From an uncultured Acidobacteriota bacterium (GTDB lineage: Bacteria; Acidobacteriota; Vicinamibacteria; Vicinamibacterales; UBA2999), in NCBI GenBank assembly GCA_963724485.1, contig CAVRUW010000008.1, positions 78,931 through 142,930 of the forward strand: a stretch of DNA of 64,000 bases, read 5' to 3'. Made by a program: the position numbers and the translations under genes. This document shows positions 59,789 through 64,000 of this stretch, piece after piece; position 1 is the first letter of the stretch; each line of letters starts with the position of its first letter. The notes under the pieces are model-generated. The model saw only the letters and a program-made list of their open reading frames with translations, did not search any database and had not been told where the DNA came from.

Positions 59789-60520
59789 TTACGCGCCGCC
59801 GCTGCGGCGGCGAGTGGATGGCGCCACGCCGCGAAGCGGACCCACTTCGAGCTCGTTGATCGTCGACCCAAGGACGATGTCGAAGTTCGCTGAGAGCTCG
59901 CCCAGCTTCGAGCCTGGCAGCGGATTGAAGTCCACGAGCAGTGTCTTGAGCGCGCGCTGATCGAGTGACTTCATGACGCCGTCGCGCGCGTTCGCGGGGT
60001 GGCCGTTGACCAGCATCTGCGACGTGAAGACGCGGCGCCCGTTCTGGCTGACGGCGAAGTGGATGTGTGCCGTCCGAAAGATGCCGATCAGCGTGTAGTC
60101 GATCGGTTTGATCGTGCGGAAGTAGTACTGCCCCTTCGCATCGCTGAGGAAACGGCCGTACCCCTGGAAGTTCTTGTCGAATCCGGTTGGCTGACGCCCG
60201 CCAGTGTGCACGTACGAGCCTGTCTGGTCGACCTGCCAGATCTCGACGAACGCGTTGCGCACCGGCTGACCCGACGTGGTGAGCACCCGGCCAGTGAGGT
60301 GCGTGATCTCGCCGACGGCCGGCGTGATGGCGTCGTTGACGATGATCAGATCGTTGTCGGTGTCGAGCGGCAGCTTGTCGGGATAGAAAGGTCCTTCCGT
60401 CGTGGTGCCGGTTTCGACGAGTTGCTGGGCGAACACGCCGCGCGTGGTGAACGCGGCCAGGCCGGCGGCGGTCAGGCCCTGGAGGAAGCGGCGACGATCC
60501 GGATAACGGACATTGGTCAT
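59789..60520 (-). CDS. Intradiol ring-cleavage dioxygenase family protein with a Tat signal
   Basis: RRRFLQGLTAAGLAAF twin-arginine signal. TEGPFYP...LTGRVLTTSGQPVRNAFVEIWQ...YYFRTIKP...RTAHIHF. Confidence 0.85.
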   Translation of the reverse strand: MTNVRYPDRRRFLQGLTAAGLAAFTTRGVFAQQLVETGTTTEGPFYPDKLPLDTDNDLIIVNDAITPAVGEITHLTGRVLTTSGQPVRNAFVEIWQVDQTGSYVHTGGRQPTGFDKNFQGYGRFLSDAKGQYYFRTIKPIDYTLIGIFRTAHIHFAVSQNGRRVFTSQMLVNGHPANARDGVMKSLDQRALKTLLVDFNPLPGSKLGELSANFDIVLGSTINELEVGPLRGVAPSTRRRSGGA

Positions 60521-60648
60521 TCGCGAGCTCCTTGGCGAGCGTTGATACTGCTCAGCTTGCGACGAGTCTAACCGATCGGCTCCTCGACGGTTCGAATCTT
60601 CGCCTGCTACCGTGGGCCCCCACTTGAAGTCGCGTGGGCTACGGAGGC

Positions 60649-61224
60649 TTACAGAAGGTGCGGGATGATCATCTTGGTTTGTCGTTGGTAGAGGGCATAG
60701 CTCTCGCCAAACGTTTTACCAAGCAATGTTTCCTCCGCGCGGCCACGCCACGCGAACGTCGGCACAATCCCGCACAGCACAATCAAGACAGCGGGCCAGC
60801 TGCTGAAAGCGAGCGCTTCGCCCAGCGCGATTAGTGCGAGGCCGAGGTAGATCGGGTGGCGCACCAAGCGATAGGGGCCGGTTGTGACGAGGCCCGTGCC
60901 CTGATCTGCCATGGGCACGAAGCTCCATGCGGGGCCAAGCTCGGCCCGTGATTTGAGGATGAGGACGGCGCCCGCGATCGCCAGAAGTGATCCCGACGCC
61001 GCGAGCCACAGCGCCGTGGACCCCTCGGGGCTGCCGGAAAAAATCAGGAGCGAAGGAAAGAACAAGGCGAAGGCTGCGAAGTTTGCCACGACTGGTGCTC
61101 TGTCGCCGCCGCGTTGACCTACTCGCGTCCTGGGTCCTGCGCGACGCCCGCTGACACGCAGCAACAGCGGCCCCGCGAGAGCGAGGAGGGCAACCGTTCG
61201 GAGAACGATGATCAGTGTGCGCAT
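60649..61224 (-). CDS. ICMT/PEMT-family membrane methyltransferase
   Basis: ...LVTTGPYRLVRHPIYLGLALIALGEAL...AEETLLGKTFGESYALYQ. The ATG at 61224 abuts the DedA stop. Confidence 0.8.
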   Translation of the reverse strand: MRTLIIVLRTVALLALAGPLLLRVSGRRAGPRTRVGQRGGDRAPVVANFAAFALFFPSLLIFSGSPEGSTALWLAASGSLLAIAGAVLILKSRAELGPAWSFVPMADQGTGLVTTGPYRLVRHPIYLGLALIALGEALAFSSWPAVLIVLCGIVPTFAWRGRAEETLLGKTFGESYALYQRQTKMIIPHLL

Positions 61225-61226
61225 TT

Positions 61227-61850
61227 CTACCGCGCTCGAAGCCGTATGAGATAGAGCGCGACCGGCAACAACAGGATGGGAAGGACATAGCTCACGACGA
61301 GCGCCACGATCGGCTGGTCGGCCCAGCCGGCGCCGATGGCGGCAAAGGCGAATGCCGTGGGCACGCCGCCGATGGTCAGGGCCGCGGTGAATTTTCTGAT
61401 CGGCATGCCCGCAAGTCCGGCCAGAAAGACGATGGCCTCCGGGACGCTGTAGGGAAGACTGCGCGTGAGGACGATCGCCCACGCGCCGCCCTGGTCAAAT
61501 ACACGCTCCATCTTCTGAAGAGACTCACGCCCAGTGACGCGCTGTAGAAATCGACGTGCTGAGGTGAGCATCAGTACGTAGCCGAGTAGACCGCCGCTAA
61601 TCAGCCCGAGGCTGCCCAGCAGTCCGCCGAGTAGTGTCCCGTAGATGATGCCGAGCGCCGCAATCACTGCAGTCTGCGGGATAGGTAACACCACGTCGGC
61701 CCAGATGAGAGCAATGCCCACGGCCCACGTCCAGCTCCCGTACGATCGGAGCGTGAGGACCGCGTCGTTTGCCTCCTCGGGCGTCGGGATTCTGACGAAG
61801 GAAGCGAACAGGATCGCCAGAGCGGTGAGTACGAGCAGGCTTGATCTCAC
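61227..61850 (-). CDS. DedA/VTT (SNARE-associated, TVP38-like) membrane protein
   Basis: ...ADVVLPIPQTAVIAALGIIYG...GAWAIVLTRSLPYSVPEAIVFLAGLAGMPIRKF... Confidence 0.8.
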   Translation of the reverse strand: MRSSLLVLTALAILFASFVRIPTPEEANDAVLTLRSYGSWTWAVGIALIWADVVLPIPQTAVIAALGIIYGTLLGGLLGSLGLISGGLLGYVLMLTSARRFLQRVTGRESLQKMERVFDQGGAWAIVLTRSLPYSVPEAIVFLAGLAGMPIRKFTAALTIGGVPTAFAFAAIGAGWADQPIVALVVSYVLPILLLPVALYLIRLRAR

Positions 61851-61895
61851 TTCGATGTCCGACGGATAAGGCAGCCGCCGCGCACTCGGCGCTCG

Positions 61896-62381
61896 CTACA
61901 GCCAGCGGCGAACGCGGGCCTTGTAGTCCCGATAGGAGTCGCCGAACCGCCGTTCCAGATACGCCTCTTCGCGCGCGACGACGCCGTAGCGGACCGTAAT
62001 GGCAAGAGGCAGCATGAGGACAAGCGTCCACGGGCTGCGCGCGGCGATGCCGATGCCGCCATAGATGAGAAACAGTCCGAGATAGATGGGATTGCGAGTC
62101 CAGCCGTGAATCCCGGTTGTCACCAACGCGCGAGTGGGCTGATTCGTGGGTACCGGTGTCGCCGCGCGGGAGAAGTTGACAATACCTGCGGCTGCGAGCG
62201 CCACTCCGATGAGGATCAGCGAGCCACCGAGCAGCCAGCCGCCACCCTGAATGGCAAATGACAAAGGCAGCAGGCGATCCGAGACCGAGCCGATCAGCAG
62301 CGCGGCGAGGAACAGGAGGGGCGGTCGTGCGATGACGCCCGCCACTGCGGTGTCGCTGGCGCGCTGAACGGCGGAGCCCAT
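61896..62381 (-). CDS. ICMT/PEMT-family membrane methyltransferase (second copy)
   Basis: ...LVTTGIHGWTRNPIYLGLFLIYGGIGI...AREEAYLERRFGDSYRDYKARVRRWL. The ATG at 62381 was chosen. The longer ORF start only translates the operator repeats. Confidence 0.8.
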   Translation of the reverse strand: MGSAVQRASDTAVAGVIARPPLLFLAALLIGSVSDRLLPLSFAIQGGGWLLGGSLILIGVALAAAGIVNFSRAATPVPTNQPTRALVTTGIHGWTRNPIYLGLFLIYGGIGIAARSPWTLVLMLPLAITVRYGVVAREEAYLERRFGDSYRDYKARVRRWL

Positions 62382-62393
62382 GTCGGAACGGTA

Positions 62394-62437
62394 TGACAAC
62401 TTAGGTGTCATTCTAGCCATTGACAACTTAGGTGTCA
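62394..62437. promoter_or_regulatory. Two identical 17-bp operators TGACAACTTAGGTGTCA (62394-62410, 62421-62437) between the divergent MarR gene and the ICMT operon
   Basis: Read directly. Each unit is a 5-7-5 inverted repeat (TGACA...TGTCA). The copies are 27 bp apart, and the second overlaps a TTGACA hexamer (62420-62425). Confidence 0.7.
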
Positions 62438-62460
62438 ATCACAGTGTTTTAGGGGATAGG

Positions 62461-62946
62461 ATGGCCACGATGCGCCAGAGAAAACGGAAAGCTCGAGTCG
62501 TTGGCAGCAGCAAGGGCGAGGCGATCGCGGACCTGATGCTCGAAGTGGCACAATTCTTTTTTCGAATACGAGCGGTTGGTCAAAGAACAGGGTTGATCAC
62601 GGGTTGGGGCGGCGGCGCGTTCGGCTTCCTCCGTAGCCTTGCGCTGATTGGTCCACTGACCGTGCCGCAGATCGCGGAGATGCGGCCGACGAGCCGCCAG
62701 CGCATGCAGCGGTTGGCGGACGAGCTCGCGGCCGAGGGGCTCGTGGAATTCATCGACAATCCGAAACACCGGCGCTCGAAGCTGGTGCGGCTGACGCCGA
62801 ACGGTGACGCGCGCTACCGCGAGCTGAACGCCCGGTTCCTGGTGATCGCATCGACGCTGGGCGTCGGTCTCGGTGAAGCGGACATCCGCAGGACTACAGA
62901 GATCGTACGGCGGCTGAGCGATGATGTGAAAGCGCGGCCTGAGTAG
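62461..62946 (+). CDS. MarR-family transcriptional regulator
   Basis: AGGGGA RBS. ...LRSLALIGPLTVPQIAEMRPTSRQRMQRLADELAAEGLVEFIDNPKHRRSKLVRLTPNGDARY. Confidence 0.85.
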   Translation: MATMRQRKRKARVVGSSKGEAIADLMLEVAQFFFRIRAVGQRTGLITGWGGGAFGFLRSLALIGPLTVPQIAEMRPTSRQRMQRLADELAAEGLVEFIDNPKHRRSKLVRLTPNGDARYRELNARFLVIASTLGVGLGEADIRRTTEIVRRLSDDVKARPE

Positions 62947-63045
62947 TGAACGAACCGATCATGGCAAGGCATCGGACACCATGGCGCCGGGCATGGGCGA
63001 TCCGCCTGCCTCGGCGACGTTGGCGGAAGCCGATCGCCTGCGACA

Positions 63046-63127
63046 AGTTTCCAGTTATCAGTTTCCAGTTCAAAGGAGGAACGTGGGGGTACCTTTGAAC
63101 TGACAACTGACAACTGGCAACTGACAC
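63046..63127. repeat. Composite repeat patch: AGTTTCCAGTT x2, an 11-bp-stem hairpin (63066-76 / 63092-102), and CTGACAA-type heptamers x4 (63100-63127)
   Basis: Read directly. It sits in the convergent gap between the MarR gene and the next minus-strand gene. Confidence 0.7.
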
Positions 63128-63147
63128 GGTTCCATCGTCGGCACTGG

Positions 63148-63648
63148 CTACTGACAGCTCGCGGCCACCATCTTCAGCGCCGTCGCATTCAACACGCCGG
63201 CAATCGTCCAGTCCTCCTTTACCGCCGTTGTCGCGCGGCCCGTCTTGGGATCCTGCGTGGTCGTCGCGGATGTAGCCGGGGGAACGTCGCTCAATTGTCC
63301 CTGCAACTCGATACGGTGACCCACGTGCGGTTTCAGCTGGGCGACCGTCAGCCCCGTAACCCGATAGGCGGTGGTCGCATCGGGCGCACCCGCCGACGTC
63401 GTGGCGCGGCCACTCGTCGCAGAACCGGCACCGCCCACGGTGATCCGGCTGCCGGCCGGAACGGCAATCGCCGCGGTGCGGAGGAAAAACTCCTCGACCG
63501 ACTGTGAGGGGCCTTGCACGAGACACCCAACGATTGTGGTGCTCGGATCGGCCTTGCGGGGTTGCTCGGGCTGCGTCTGACCGTGCGTCGCGGCCGACGC
63601 GAAGCACAACAGGGCGGCTGCGGTGATATAGGGTCGCACTCGTGTCAT
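63148..63648 (-). CDS. Hypothetical secreted Thr/Ala/Gly-rich protein
   Basis: MTRVRPYITAAALLCFASAATHGQ signal peptide. The overlapping 263-aa ORF in another frame looks like a shadow. Confidence 0.6.
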   Translation of the reverse strand: MTRVRPYITAAALLCFASAATHGQTQPEQPRKADPSTTIVGCLVQGPSQSVEEFFLRTAAIAVPAGSRITVGGAGSATSGRATTSAGAPDATTAYRVTGLTVAQLKPHVGHRIELQGQLSDVPPATSATTTQDPKTGRATTAVKEDWTIAGVLNATALKMVAASCQ

Positions 63649-63774
63649 CCTGTGCCTCCACTTCCACACAACGCTGATGCGGCATCTCGATGCAAGTTGA
63701 GGGCCGGGTGGTACGTGCGCCTGTGATGAGAGCCCATCCGGAAATCCCAGCCCCCAGGTGAAGACACCGGGTCG

Positions 63775-64000
63775 CTAGAACGTCGCCAGCGCGTTGAACG
63801 GCGACGCTGTGCCGCCTTGAATCTGAAAGATGTGCAGCGTGAACATGAACTCCCAGCGCTTCAAGCGCGCGGCCTCGCCAGCGGCGTCTTCAAGATAGGC
63901 ATTGTCGACGATGGGCAAACCGAGATTGACCTGCGTGAGCTGGTGAATCGGACGATTGATGCCCGCCACGCCCGAGGGCTGAACATCGTTCACCGCATCG
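63775..64000 (-). CDS. 3' end of a gene that runs off the window, possibly an outer-membrane beta-barrel
   Basis: The frame stays open to 64000 and ends ...GGTASPFNALATF* with a terminal aromatic residue. Confidence 0.4.
   Translation of the reverse strand, partial: DAVNDVQPSGVAGINRPIHQLTQVNLGLPIVDNAYLEDAAGEAARLKRWEFMFTLHIFQIQGGTASPFNALATF

Noticed and set aside
62382-62438. Repeated peptide MTPKLSMARMTPKLS at the N-terminus of the longest ICMT ORF.
   Set aside because: It is simply the translation of the two 17-bp operator copies. The methyltransferase starts at the ATG at 62381.

Overview
This is a visibly high-GC, gene-dense chromosomal segment of about 60 protein-coding genes. I saw no rRNA, tRNA, CRISPR array, transposase or integrase. 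The gene content points to Acidobacteriota: three ADOP-type duplicated FtsX/MacB-like orphan permeases (one directly behind a PadR regulator), two VWFA-related proteins, an ECF sigma factor translationally coupled to a Ser/Thr kinase, and a TonB receptor with a CarboxypepD_reg-type N-terminus. Main blocks, in order: (1) 130-6450, a cusCBA/czcCBA-like metal efflux operon plus a His-rich small protein. (2) 7-14 kb, housekeeping and accessory enzymes and an ArsR-SRPBCC module. (3) 14.8-25.3 kb, a class-II UvrA paralogue, two large Ser/Thr kinases and an ECF sigma factor. (4) 25-48 kb, permeases, hydrolases, VWA/TPR proteins and an orphan histidine kinase. (5) 48.8-59.1 kb, a nine-gene minus-strand operon behind a clear cobalamin riboswitch: TonB receptor, PduO-type adenosyltransferase, BtuFCD-like ABC importer, FhuF-like 2Fe-2S protein, CobQ, CbiZ and CbiB. 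(6) 59-63 kb, a tetrahaem cytochrome c, an intradiol dioxygenase and a MarR-controlled ICMT-DedA-ICMT operon. The best candidates for something new are three. First, a thioredoxin-fold gene (10318-10734) has its only interruption, an in-frame TGA, exactly at the first Cys of the CxxC motif, followed by a hairpin, which makes it a candidate exported selenoprotein. Second, an FhuF-family protein is translationally coupled inside the B12 salvage operon. Third, at least nine frameshifts hit eight otherwise intact genes. Three of them sit on CGGTAC, and two of those share the 10-mer TCGGTACTGT, which looks more like systematic indel error than gene decay. Three gene ghosts (kinase, sulfatase, metallo-beta-lactamase) with large internal deletions lie in intergenic gaps. 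Everything here comes from reading the sequence and the ORF track and from family recall. No searches were run.
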